64,000 nucleotides of DNA from Callorhinchus milii (taxonomy: Eukaryota): the NCBI RefSeq assembly GCF_018977255.1, contig NW_024704742.1:95544001-95608000 (forward strand). Direction: 5' to 3'. Positions 49,085 to 62,443 of this stretch are shown here, one piece after another (the stretch's first letter is position 1; each line of letters begins with the position of its first letter). Under the pieces are notes generated by a model that saw only the letters and a program-made list of their open reading frames with translations, was not told where the DNA came from and did no database searches. A program made the translations under genes and the position numbers.

Positions 49085-51240
49085 GTTACCCCCACAATCC
49101 CTAACTGCTGCCTTGGAGTCCTCTGAACTCCTCTCCCTCTGGCCTTCAGCCCTCACCGACCCCTCTTCTGCTCTCACCCTCCTCCACAACACCCTCTCCT
49201 CCACACTCGACACTCTTGCCCCCATCCCCTCCCGTACTGTCTCCTACTCTCGCTCCTCCCCCTGGTTCACCACCCACCTCCGCTCACTGAAGAGCCAGGT
49301 GCGGGCCGTTGAACGCACCTGGGTCAAATCTGGCCAAACAGTCCACCGACAAATCTGGCTGGACCTCCTCAAAATCTACCGCTCCACTCTAGCCTCGGCC
49401 AAAGCGAAGGACAACCCCAGGCTACTGTTCTCCACCACATCCCAACTCCTCCGTCCCCCCCGCCACCCCACGCAGGTCATCTCCTCCAACCTTCACTGCG
49501 AGGAGATGCTGGATTTCCTTGAATCCAAAATCAAGGGAATCCGCTCCGCGGTCACTCCTCTTCCAACTTCAACCCACTCCCTACCCCTTCCCTCCCACAC
49601 TCCGACTCCTATCCATCCTTCCCTACACACCTTCGAACCCGTTTCCCCACCCTCTGTCACCAAACTCATCTTGTCCCTGAAACCCACCACCTGCTCCCTT
49701 GACCCCATCCCCACACCACTCCTTATCTCTCAGCTCCACCTCCTTGCCCCACATATCACAGACATCATCAACCTGTCCCTCTCCTCTGGCTCTGTTCCCA
49801 TTCCCCTAAAAACTGCTATCATCACTCCCACTTTGNAAAAATCCTCCCTTGATGCGTCGCAGCTATCAAGCTACCGGCCCATCTCCAACCTCCCCTTCCT
49901 ATCCAAGGTCCTTGAAAGAGTTGTCGCCTCCCAGCTGCGCTCTTTCCTCTCCAACCATTCATTATTTGAACCCCTTCAGTCGGGTTTCCGTGCTGCCCAT
50001 AGCACAGAAACTGCCCTGGTCAAAGTCACCAACGACATCTTGACCATCTGCGACCAGGGCTCCCTCTGCCTCCTCGTCCTCCTCGACCTATCGGCAGCAT
50101 TCGATACGGTCGACCACGCTATCCTCCTCCACCGCTTGTCCTCCCACCTCAACCTTCAAGGCCCTGTCCTTGAGTGGTTTAGGTCGTACCTCTCTCACCG
50201 TCTTCATTTTGTTTCCACAAATGGCTTTTCTTCCAGCCCCCGCACTGTCTCGTGTGGTGTCCCTCAGGGCTCTGTCCTCGGTCCCCTCCTCTTCACCCTC
50301 TATATGCTCCCCGTTGGTGACATCATCCGCAGACATGGGGTTAACTTCCACATGTATGCGGATGACACCCAACTCTACCTTTCCTCCTCTACCCTCAACT
50401 CCTTGACCACCGATGTCCTGACAGTCTGCCTGTCTGACATCGAGTCCTGGACGAGAGACAACTTTCTTCAGCTCAACGTGCGCAAAACTGAGGCCCTCCT
50501 GATTGGCTCACATCAGCGCCTCCGCACCTCAGGCGCTGACAGCATCAGCATCCAAGGCTGCACTCTCCACCTCTCAAAGCCAGTCAGGAACCTCGGGGTT
50601 CTGTTCGACCCTGAGCTGTCCTTTCTTCCTCATATCCGCGCCACAACTGGCACCGCCTTCCATCACCTCCAAAACATCGCCAGACTACGGCACTACCTCA
50701 CCCCTCACGCTGCTGAAACTCTGGTCCACGCCTTTATCACCTCAAGGCTGGACTATGGGAACTCTCTCCTCGCCGGCCTTCCCGGCACCTCCCTCCACAA
50801 GCTGCAGGTCATTCAGAACTCTGCAGCTCGTGTACTGTCCCGCACCAGGACCACATCACTCCCACCCTCGCTCGCCTCCACTGGCTCCCCATCCCCCAGA
50901 GGATCGATTTCAAGATCCTCATCCTCACCTACAAGGCCATTCACGGCCTTGCTCCCTCCTACCTCTCCGACCTACTATCCCCCTACCTACCCGCCTGTAC
51001 CCTCATTCCTCTGGCTCCGGTCTGCTCCACATCCCCCGCCCCAACCGCCCTACCATCAGTGGCCGGGCCTTCAGCCTCTCAGCCCCTAGGCTCTGGAACT
51101 CCATCCCCCAGTGCCTACACTTTGCTTCCTCCCTTTCCTCCTTCAAGGCCCGTCTCAAGACCTTTCTCTTTGATCGTGCCTTCAGCTCCCCTCTCGACTC
51201 TCTACCCCCTCCTCGCTCCCTCCCTTCCCTCCCCTCACCC
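49085..51240 (+). mobile_element. L2-clade LINE, 5'-truncated ORF2 with intact RT core, no APE endonuclease domain seen, frameshifted near the C-terminus
   Basis: ORF 49113-51089 contains [63 protein letters not shown]; frameshift near 50850 (RVLSRTR then out of frame); single N at 49836. Confidence 0.93.
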
Positions 51241-51967
51241 TGACCATTTCCCCCCTTTTCTCTTACACTGTTAGTGTTCTGTGACACTATTTAGGGCCTC
51301 CTCCTCACGCCCTAAACATAAAAGTGTTGTTGTAAACAATAAACAGTGTAGTCAGATGCGGTGTGGTCAGACACGATGCAGTCAAACACGTGATATAATA
51401 AATAACATCACTCATGAGGTGACCATCGTCAACGCCAGACATGGACGCGCAGGAATTATCCAAGCAGCCTCCCTCATTGGAGTACTCAAAACACAATTTA
51501 GTTTGTTCTAAGTCTTGACGAGAAATATATTTAAAATCATTGGATTTAAAGGTCACATTCCACTTCTTACATTATCCAGAATGTTGTTTTTTTATTGTAA
51601 AAGCAACTGGTGATAATTGATTTGATTTACAGAGAATATTACGATTCTTTCAGACAATTATCACAGTAATGTGTTGAGTGAAAAAGAACATTAAGGAACA
51701 TTTTGGCGTTTTGTTTTTGAATTTGCAAAATACATGCGAGTGCACTGTGCAGAAATGTTTCATATGCAGGAAGACAAATGACTTGCACATAGAAGAATGA
51801 CATAATATTTTTGGTCAGTCGGGTGTCTGACACATGTGAAAATCACCATATTTCAGAGTCTTCAAACCAAACCATTCCACATATGTATGTGATCTACGCA
51901 TGGAAATATCTCCTTGTCTGTGAAGGATACTATATAAATGCAAGCTGTTGTTTCCACACGCTAAACT

Positions 51968-52097
51968 GTGGAAGGCTTTAAAAAGTGAGGACAAGGATCT
52001 TGAACTTGATCTTCTGGGGGATGGGGAGCCAGTGAAACCGGGCAAGGATGGGGGTGATCTGCTCATGGAGTTTAGTGGGAGAGGACATGAGCTGCAG
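51968..52097 (-). mobile_element. Short L2 fragment
   Basis: Similar to the LHWLP...FKIL region of the other copies. Confidence 0.6.
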
Positions 52098-53471
52098 TTA
52101 CTCGTTACTCTCACTTGTGGAGGCTGAAACATCAAGCCTTTAACCCCTTTATATACCTTAGTGGACTGCTTCTAATGTCAGAGCTGCCATCAGTAGCACT
52201 GCTATGAGATGAATACACCATGAAACAGTTTACAGAGATAACTTTATAAAATTGAATAGAACTGTAGCATTATTGATAAGAGTTGATATAACAGCTATTG
52301 GATACAATAATAATATATAGTATAATCATCCTGCATTTGATACAGTACCTTACCCTATCGTCAATACATCTCAAAGCGCTTCACAGAATTTTACTGTGAA
52401 GTATGGTGACTGTATATTTGTGGGCGAACGTGACAGCCAAACTCCTTTTTTTTTGAATAGTGCCAAGGGATCTTTAGTGTTCACTTGGACAGGCAGGAGG
52501 CAGGTGGGAACATCACAAGGCAAGCTGTCTGAAACAATATAGGTAGAAATGAATGAGAAAGACCATGAAATACATTTTTTAGGGTAGGGTGGCTGATGGG
52601 AGTGTCCAATAGGCATACTGAAATAAGTTTCTAAAACTTGCCCTCACTGCAGCAAGTAGCAGGCATTAATGGATTGCTGCTTTTAAAGGGGTTGAAAGGC
52701 AGTGATTCACTCGAAATTGGCATTTTGTACATTGCACTGACCTTGTGAAGTAATGATCAAAACCCCCACCCCCACACATTGTGATAAAACATCTCTGAGC
52801 CTCTTGGACATCTCTTATTAATTTTCATTCCAAATGTTCACCTTGTGCCACATGTGGTCATGTCAGTTTCTGGGGCTGGATGTGATTACTGTGTGAGCCC
52901 ATCAGTAACGAAACACCATGAACTGGACACCAGTTGGGGTTGTCTATGAAACAAATGTCTTGCAAACACCTCCGGATCTAAACTGGGAATACAATTATGC
53001 AGTTGATTAAAATGTTTATTAGTCAGTGAAAACACACCCAGTACCAAGCCTGAATAATGTTTGGTCCATAGGGACAGATGCCCATTTCTGTTATAATAAA
53101 TTCAAGAGAATGCTCCCTTTGAATTGTTGATGGCTCAGGGGAAAGATAGAGAGATGAGAACTGGTCGGCACATTACACAAATCAAAGTTTTCTGAAATGC
53201 AAAGCTGACTTTTTATCTAGGTTCATCTATCACCTCATCCATGTCCCTAGATCTTATCTGATTTAAAAGCTGACAGTGCAGCCACTATATTTTTAGGGAA
53301 CAAGTGAGGGATACCACATAGATTCCCCTGTGCTACTACATTTACATTTGTTGTGCATGCACTGTCCCTGGCCATATCCAGGGACCCAGATGTGAAATCA
53401 CATTAAAAACATTATAGGGGGTCTGTGTTTATTGTGCCTTTCCCTACCTATACAACCAACTTCAGCCTTAT

Positions 53472-53795
53472 TATAGGAACATAGAAACGTAGGAACAGGA
53501 GCAGGCCATTCAGCTCCTTGAGCCTGTTCTGCCATTCTATGAGATCATGGCTAACCCCATATCTGCCTTTGCTCCATATTTGCTGTATGCAATTGGCTGC
53601 TGTGTTTTGTCCACAAAATATACAGTCAATTCTCTTTACAGTATATTCTGTAAAGTGCTTTGAGAAATCTTGAAGACATGATAAGGCGCTATATCAAATG
53701 TAAGGATTATTCTTACTTTATGTCTTGATTCCTTTACCTAACAAAAATCTATCGATCTCAGTCTTGAAAATCCATCGACCTCAGTCTTGAAAATT
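53472..53795 (-). mobile_element. CR1-like 3' terminus interrupted by a + strand SINE tail (about 53580-53712)
   Basis: ataggaacatagaaacgtaggaacaggagcaggccattcagc... terminal motif. Confidence 0.65.
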
Positions 53796-56700
53796 TATTC
53801 TCCCGCCTGGACCTTTTCTTTATCTATTGCTTGTCCCTCATTCCCTCCACCACATTAGTGAGGTCAAGCTTTCAGTCACTGTGAAATAGAGAATTCACGA
53901 GGCTCATGTCCAACCAACATTTCTGCATAGTGCTTCAACTTAGATTGCAATGAAAGCACATCGGCAGAGACTTATAATGGCTGCATTTGGACAAAGTGCC
54001 ATTTGGGAGGAATGAGTATCTAACACTGAAATAGTGAGGAGCAACAACAACAACAAATTATATTTGTATAGCGCCTTTCATGTTGGGAGGACGTCCCAAG
54101 GCACTGAGCAGCCTATACCCAGGAATGGATTGTGTAACAGCAAGTAAACTAGAACGAGTGCATCAGAAAATGATGGAATAGGTCAAGACGGGGAAGACTA
54201 TGTGGAAGGCCAAAACTCAAATTGTGGAACTGTACAGAGTGATTTGAATGGTAAAGTGATACAGACAAGATCCTCATAGGAACTAGGATTAAGGCATAGT
54301 AACTCCTTTTCATATCTACAACCAGACTCTTTTTGATGACTGAATGATTCTGATTTGGCCATAGAAAAAAAGCCTGATCTCTTTGTTTGAGTGACCATCT
54401 TTGATAATGTTAGCTATAACAATAGTTTCTATAGGAATGTGGATTGTGACTTAGACAACTACAACAACCAATTGATGTCCAGCCTTTGGTTAACCACAGG
54501 AGTAGCAATTCTGGGACATGAGATAATTGTCAGCTTTTTCCAACACTCTGAGGCTGACACCCAGGACTCCACCCATGAGAATGAGTATGCATGCCAACAA
54601 GCCTTCCTAATGTCACAGAAATACATATGTGCAGTAGAAGTGAACCTTCGTGCACTCTTCACTGCTGAAGTCAATATTGTACCTCAATGCTATCACTCAA
54701 TTTCTGGGATGAGAGAGGGGCAGGGAGTAAAAATATTCCTATTTAGATTTTAACCTCTTCATTTCCATAATAAAATGGTTTAAAACATCTGATATCATTG
54801 ACCAGAGGTGAAATAGGAACCAAACTGATAGAAATATCTTTGCAAACGTAAAACCATGATCTTTCCATTCTTTTTTTTAAAAAAAGGACATCTGTGTTCA
54901 GAGAGATATAGTGCAGTTTTGCCCACTAGAACATCCTCTTCCCTCCTCCTCATCCCATTTCTCTTACTTCCTTGCCCCTCTCCTTGTTTACCTGCTGCAG
55001 TGCTGAACTGGTATCACAGCAACAAAAACAGTTTTAAAGCCCAGATTGTTTTGTTTCTGATTTATCTGAAACCTGACCCAGGAAGAGCTTCACTTGCAAC
55101 ATTTATATTCTGAACTCACTACAGATAAAGGCCTAAAGTTCAGGATGCCTTCCTTATAGAGACTCAAATGCCTTAAGCAACGTTTTCCATTAGACCTAAA
55201 CAACTTGACCTCTGGTGGAGCAGCTGTCTCTGTAGGTAACCCTTTCTTCGTTCACTCAACCTTCTATGTGGCCCTCTTCCCCCGTCCACTTGGGACTCTC
55301 ATTTTTGCTCCTTCACAGAGCATGAAATTACCATAAATACAGCACCCGCCAGTCACCTGTCCCGAGCACAAAGCATTTAACAATCTAAATCGACATAGAA
55401 AAATAATACCAAAAGGAAACTTGAGAAATTATAAAGCAAAAGGAAATGGAGAGGTTCATGGTACCGAATGTTACTGTTCCCTTCCAACAGAATATTTGTC
55501 TTGGGTCAACAGTTTTGGCCCAGTTTTGGAGTGAATCCTCCTTTAAAATCTTCCAAGGGCTAGGGTGACTAACTCACTTACTAATTAACTCACGCTAAGT
55601 TTATGGAATTTCAACCAAATATTAATTTATGTTTTTTTTAAGGCTATTTTAATGATCAATTAGGGGATCTCATCACTGTGCAGTTAATTGTAACCATTGC
55701 TTGAAGTAATGGGACGCAATCCCATAGATGCGATTAAGAAAGTTATTAGCAATGAAATATAAAGTTAATGTGCCGCAGCAAGTCTATAAATGGTAATGTC
55801 AAGAGGGCGTCACCTCCTCCGCCCTCCATATTCTTGAGAATGGGGAGGGATGTTTCATCCTGTGGCAGCCTTATATCCATTCATTTTGCCTGATAGTCTG
55901 GTGCACCAGTGTGGGTCTGTTGAATATTTTTTGAGAGGGAGATGTCTGTAGCTAAATCTCTGCAGAATAGAATTGAAAATTCATCCCTTTTTCCCCAGTA
56001 CTAGTTTTCCACATCATCATCCCTTTTTCGGCTGAGTCATTAAGTTATGTCCTGTTTGCCTTGTGAGTCATGTATCCTTAGGGGATTCTCCTGATTCTGT
56101 TTAAAATAAGTGGAATATTTTCCTGATGATTCCGCTTTACATTCAGTCTTGATCCAAGTTCACACCCCTCAAAATTCGAATGAGTTGACCACTCACTTCA
56201 TTGCTAGGGTGTTGCTGGTGGAAATTAGTTACTGTGTTTGCCTCAATAACAACACAACATTAGCTTCATTTCTGAACAATCTCATTGTGGAAAGCACTTA
56301 GAGATGCTTCTTTTACATAAAAGAACCAACATAATAATAATACGGTACGTGAACATACTGTTACATGAAATAACCAACATAATAATAATTAATAATAATT
56401 CTTGCATCTGGTGTAGCACCTTTCACATCAGGAGAACCTCTCAAAGCGCTTCACAGAATTAATCGTAAAGTGTAGTGACTGCATTTTAGAGGTGACTGGA
56501 AACATAAATTGTGATTGTTTTTACTATGGTAGTACTGTATTCTCCAATTGATGAGGTACACAAGCCTTAGGGAATCTGAATCAGATCAGATATTGGCAAT
56601 ACTATTCCATTTATCGGTTTGAAGCTGAAACCCTCCTGGAATAAAAATAAACTTCTCACCCTCAGCACTACCACAAACAGCATCTGTTCAGTTTGCGCCA

Positions 56701-59173
56701 AGCTGAGCATTTTGCTTACGGTTGTGTAACGAATGGCAGTTCCAGGCAAGGCTGGGATAATATCCTCAGCCTGATTTGGAAGGTACACCTGGCCAGAGGC
56801 GTAATGAGATGCAGTTTTTTCACTCATTGCAATCATTCTGCTTTGTACTTTATGTAAACTAAATTGTCTCCGGAAAGGACAGAACATTCAAGTTTATGTC
56901 CTTGATGAAACTGCCAAAGCTGCTCCACGCTTACCTGGTAGGTAAGTAATGGAATTCATAGCAAATTACTACCCCCATGAGTTATTGTAGTCAATTAATG
57001 GGATGAGGAAGTACAGCTGCATATGTGATATTAGCAGCAGATGGTGGGAGGTGCAACATGACAAGAATTGATGCTTCCATTGAACTGTTTGTTCTTTCAG
57101 CAGTAATTTAGTTGCTTAAATGTAAAACCATCTCCTAACCGATCACACATACACACAGACTGGACGAGATACTGCAATGCTTCTTAAAACTAAAATTCTG
57201 CTCATGGTAAAATGTAAGTTTCAAAGGCAATTTTTTTAATAAGAACTTTTAAGCTATACCGAAAATAATGATTACAACTTTCACCTTGAGCAACTTGGCT
57301 TGCTCTAAGTGTAACTATCCTGGGGTTTCAACTACCAGGATGCCCTTCCTGCCTTAAACACCAGGAAAATAACATAACAGTTTGACACAGTGATCTGGGA
57401 AGTCTTGCACTCCCTCAGGAAATTCAGAAATAGCGATCTTCATTATAAAAATATATTTTGGCTTTTTCTGGGATTTGGCAAGCAGTCTATTTTGTCAAGC
57501 ATGCAAAAACAATAATAGCAGCCCTTTGTACCGAGTAAACTGCTCCTTAAGGTGGGGCTACTCATGTTCGAGTTAATTGGTTTATGTACTTCCAGTATCC
57601 TGGCGATGTGCAGGTTTACTATTCTCCTGGGTTTACAGGTAATTGGCATTGACCTATTTCACAATGATTATAATATATATTCAGCACTGGGGTCTTTATT
57701 TTATCCCAGTCCATCCTGTGTACTATACAGGTGAATTATACCAAGAGGGAGTGATAATGAGTCCCTGGGGTTATTGAACTGCAGGATTATATCATCTGCA
57801 TCTGAATAGATATATTATCTGCTAGAAATCCCATATCTTGCTTGGTATTCACTTATATTTCACCCCTAACATCAACATGATGGGTGGGGTCAGTGGGCAA
57901 TTCTGTCAAGGACATCTTCTAGGTTTGAATGGCCAGAGGCTATTTGCTGAAATTGAGCTGGAGGAGAAATCAACTTGGTCCGTATCCAACTTTGAATATT
58001 TTAAACAAAGCATTTGATCTTATAAGATGTGATGCCACTCATCCCTGTTGAATACTTTGGATTTAGTGCCCACGCCAATGCTGTTCGATGAGCATTGGCA
58101 GATCTCCAATCCTTCACACAAGTTGCCATTCTTAATGTGAACTAGACAGTGAGTGTCAATGGCCTATTTGACCATGGGAACCCATTGATGGAGGTCTGCC
58201 AATTCCCCCTGTGGTCCTAAGACTGGGCACTGAGCATCAAGTGGATGCACATGTGTATTAATGAGGATCAGCACTGATCCTGAGGTCACAGTAACAAGTC
58301 ACAAACTGTACCTGTGAATACATGCTCGTTCAAGCTTCGTAGCCAGATCTTCTAACAAATAAAATTGCACCTAGTCTCAGCTTGTCAGACCAATTTGTCT
58401 TAAAAGTTAAATTCATGCACAATTGTGGAAAATTCTTAAATTTAGCCCTAATTTGGAAGCTATTTTGCGGCAACTGGCATCAGTGCTACATAGGATAAAA
58501 TGCTAAGTTCCTTTCTCAAACACTGCTATGAAATGATCCCTTACTGCAAAGTGATGATGCCACATGAGGATTTGGCTGTGATGGGTTCCCATGGACATGT
58601 AGGCCACTGACACTTGCTGTCTCGGGCTTCCATTAAGTTTGTGTGAGGTGCTGGAGGCCTGCCAATGCCGATGGAACTGAGCCTCAGCTTTCAAGAGAGG
58701 ACAGAATAAAGCAAGAGGAAATTGTAGGAGGTGGGAAAAAACGATAATGAATATGATATCATCAGGGGAATTGATTTGAAGGAGTTACTGAGCCAGATAG
58801 TCTGTCAAGAGTGAGATTGATACAGTAAATCTTCAATGGGACATTTATATTGCAGAATACAGCACTTCATAGTGGGTTAAAATGGAACTGTCTATAACAT
58901 CCTGAGACTGCTGGTCCAAAGCCCTGGCAACAACATTGAAACAACTGCACGTGCCTGAACCAAAGTGTACATCGCAGTTTCTAGGTCACGGATTACATTT
59001 TCTTCCCATGGATCTTCTTTGCACTCTGGGGAATGTCTTTACTCTCTGGGGTATGAATCAGCGACAGAAAATAACATGGCTGCCAGTGTACCTCGAGTCA
59101 GAGTCTGTTACTGTAGAGTTCTGAACTGTGACCGCTGAATCGGTAATAATAATATTAATAATATTGAGCCTTA

Positions 59174-59365
59174 TATAAACACACAAGTCGCTGGGAACAC
59201 GCAGCAGGTCAGGCAGCATCTATGGAGAGAGGAAAATGAGTTAACAATTCTGACGAAAGCTCATAGACCTGAAATGTTAACTTATTTTCCTCTCCTAGAT
59301 GCTGCCTGACCTGCTGTATGTTCTCAGCGACTTCTGTGTTTATACCAGATTTCCAGCATCTGCAG
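59174..59365. repeat. Palindromic repeat (about 70-bp arms) with a hammerhead-like loop
   Basis: Arms 59174-59246 and 59275-59344 are near-perfect reverse complements. Confidence 0.85.
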
Positions 59366-61068
59366 CAATTTTTTTTAAATAATCCTTATGTTTGGTATAG
59401 TGCCTTACCCATCAGGAAGACGTCCCAAAGCACTTAACAGGATATACTGTAAAGTGCAGTGACTATATATTTTGCAGGGGAAAGCAGCAGCCAATTTGTG
59501 CACAGCAATGAAGTGAATAACCAATTTTAATTGGGCAATTGTTGGTCATAATACAGGGGAAACTCCCTTCACTTGGGAGTAAAGACAACTTGGGATATAA
59601 CTGGAGGTAACTGTGCAGCTTGACTCACATTGTGGCTCAGTCACTAAAGGTTATATAAACATGGCACGTAACTCAAAGGTGCTTCAACAGTATTGTCATG
59701 TTAATTGCATGTCCCTCTGTATATTCAGCCTCTGGCTGCAATCTGAGCAAGTGCAGCCCAAGCCTACACATGTAACAATCTCACAGTCTCCGAGTCTTTG
59801 TTCCTTCGCTGGCATGGAATACTATTAGGTATATCCTACCAATGAGAAGATAGTGCCAATCATCACAGAAGCCCCTGGAACTTTTCTTTTAAAAAGCTTG
59901 ATGGAAAACAATTTTTTTTCTAAAATGTACACTTTCAAAATTGTGCCAATGTGACCCAAAGCTTCTTGACCTTGATCCCAGGACTGATACAATGCAAAGC
60001 TCTTCCTTCCAACCACTATCTCACGTCTGATGAATGTCAAGCTCCAACCTCCTGACCCCTATCGCCAAACATGACATAGCTTGAGCTGGTGTTTCAGAAA
60101 TTAGTTATTTCTATCTGTCTTTTCAGGGAATACAACCTGCCTGAAAGTTCTGCACCCCTGCCCAGTGAGTGGGGGGTGGGAAGGAAAATGGGTGGGGTAA
60201 AGTTATACCTATTAGAAGCACCTTACCAACTCTTCCACCTACAGTGTGTTGGAAAACCTTGAGATAACTAAAGTGATGGAGCAGGAAGAGCCCAGGTATT
60301 TAAACAGCAACTACCCCGAGGTGATTTCTTTGTCCTTTCATCAGAGGATCAAAATGATCTTCAGTCATCCACTCCCACTGCATAAAATGAGACTTGCTGG
60401 CCCATCTGTTTCACTCTGGTGTAGCCCTAATGAGGCATAGAAACAAATTCATCACATATCGTGAATCGCATCCTCAGATGTTTTAATCAAGCGCAAAGGT
60501 TGTTTCGAGCAGGGTTAATGCTTTTAACAGATTGAACTGTACGAAGGCAAAATTAAATCAACAGTGCATCAATCTAATAATGCATGTGTATTGTTCGCTA
60601 ATGGTGTGCTGAACACACTGTGTGCCCCTGTGGGGAAGGTACAGGGACTGATGGAGTGTGACTGGCAGGGCACCCCAAAGCTCCATTGATGGAATGGTGG
60701 TCAAGCTCGAGAGAAGGCTGCTGTGAATCATTTGCAAACTTATTCTGCCTCACAGAGACTGTAGCCTGCAATCACTTACAATCATCTGCATGTCACATGG
60801 CAGACTGAGAAGCGCTTTCATTTTATGCTTCTTTAAATTGTCCCTTTTTAATGTGTGCACATATGATGAATTTCAGGAAATTATTTTTGGGAGAGTTTTT
60901 ATTTTCATTTTGCCTACAAAATACACAGTCTCTACATTTTAAAGTGTATCCTTTCCCGATGTGAAAGGTGCTATACCAAATGCAAGGAATATTATTATTT
61001 TTCATTCCTACAGTGTCATTACAATCATTGAAGAACGAGCTAGAATAAAGATATGACAGTAATAAATA

Positions 61069-61665
61069 ATAATCCTTACATTTGACATAGTGCCTTACAA
61101 GTCTGGAAGACATCTCAAAGCGCTTCACAGGATTTCTTAGGCAGCATTTTGCTGACAAAATATACAGTCAAATCACTTACAGTATTTTCTGTGACGCTCT
61201 TTGAGACATCTTGAAGACTTGATAAAGTGCTCAACCAAAGGCAAGGATTATTATTTGCTGTAAAGTGTAGTGACTGTGTATTTTTTAGGCAAATGTCACA
61301 GCCAATTTGAATATATTAATCCCCGCAAATAGCTGTGAAATGAATGACCAATTTTATTTTGGGCTATTGTTGGCCAGGACACCAGGAGAAACTCCCTTCT
61401 GTTTTTAAATAGTGCCGTGAGAGCTTTAACGTCCACCTAAACAGGTGGATGGGCTCTCGGTTTAATGTTTCATCCAACAGTGCAGAACTCCCCCAACAAT
61501 GCAGAGCTCCACCGACAATGCAGAGCTCCACCAACAATGCAGAGGTCCACCAACAACGCAGAACTCCCCCAGCACTACACTGGCAAGTCAGCCTCGACCA
61601 GGAGATCAAAGCCCAGACAAGGGCTATATCATTTTGACTCAGAGCCAAAAGTGCTATCAAACCGA
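61069..61665 (-). mobile_element. DeuSINE-type SINE with an internal minisatellite and a nested antisense tail
   Basis: Reverse-complement core; 19-bp repeat at 61474-61568; + strand tail at about 61136-61253. Confidence 0.78.
61474..61568. repeat. 19-bp minisatellite, 5 units
   Basis: Unit ccaacaatgcagagctcca. Confidence 0.9.
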
Positions 61666-62443
61666 GTCAGGCAAACAATTATTGGAATGTGCTTTGAAAA
61701 GCATTCACGTTATACGCACAACAAAAATATGGGTTCTTTCTTTCTTTCTTTCCTTAATGAGTTTAAAATTGATTGCTCCAATTTTTAATGAATGGTAAAT
61801 ACAAAGATTTCTGCATCTTTAGTTATATATGATCACCCATCTAGGTTTTATTTTACCCTCCAACATTATTCTCTCTTCTCTTGGGAGGGTTCTGACTCAT
61901 GCTGACATATGGTTGCAGCTGCTTTCAGGTGCCCTGCCCAAGGGGCCATTCTTCATCTGTGAGTTCAGGCAGTGTCAGCAGCCTATTTCACAGTGGAGGG
62001 AATCCCAGCAGAGCCTGATCATGTCTTCACTAGATATCTCAACATGTGCATTTTTCAACAGGGGCTGCTGAGCAGTGATCTGGAGCATGCCCTCCTCTAA
62101 CCCAGGCAGGAGCATACATCTTTTACTTATTACCTTTGTGGGAGGGAGAGGTAAGTATTTGTGGAATACTGACTAATGCAGGTGCAATCCAAAAAGGGAA
62201 TGTTTGTTCAATTTTGCTGTGTTTTTTGAAATGGATGTGGGAGACACATTCTTATAATAGTTGTGCGTGTTTGTGATTTTACAAAGGGTCGATTGCAACA
62301 CAGCTTTATGAAGGCATGTGAGTATTTTGCTTCCTATGGATTCCCACACAACACGGCAATTCTTGATTCTTTTCGGTATTTACTGTGGTTTCCAGTGAGG
62401 GAGCAAAGGTCAGAGAGCAGAGTGCAGAGCGCTGGTTTGGTGC

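Noticed and set aside
49113..51089. 658-aa RT ORF as an active or domesticated gene
   Set aside because: It starts at a non-ATG codon, lacks the endonuclease, has an apparent internal deletion near AKAK-DNPR and a frameshift near 50850; it is a dead LINE copy.
51278..51298. gtgacactatttaggg resembling an SP6 promoter (vector contamination)
   Set aside because: Only 10 nt match and no other vector sequence is nearby.
53751..53796. 23-bp tandem duplication (similar small duplications near 1865-1920 and 27225-27260)
   Set aside because: Ordinary slippage duplications with no sign of function.
54565..54660. ccag|DSTHENE...VNLR, echoing the start of RASEF exon 15 (DSTHENI...VDLR)
   Set aside because: The match is only 6 aa with different codons, lacks the GNKxD motif and has different spacing; treated as coincidence and not a duplicated exon.
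61474..61568. CRISPR-like repeat array
   Set aside because: Units are directly adjacent with no spacers, and the context is eukaryotic; it is a minisatellite.
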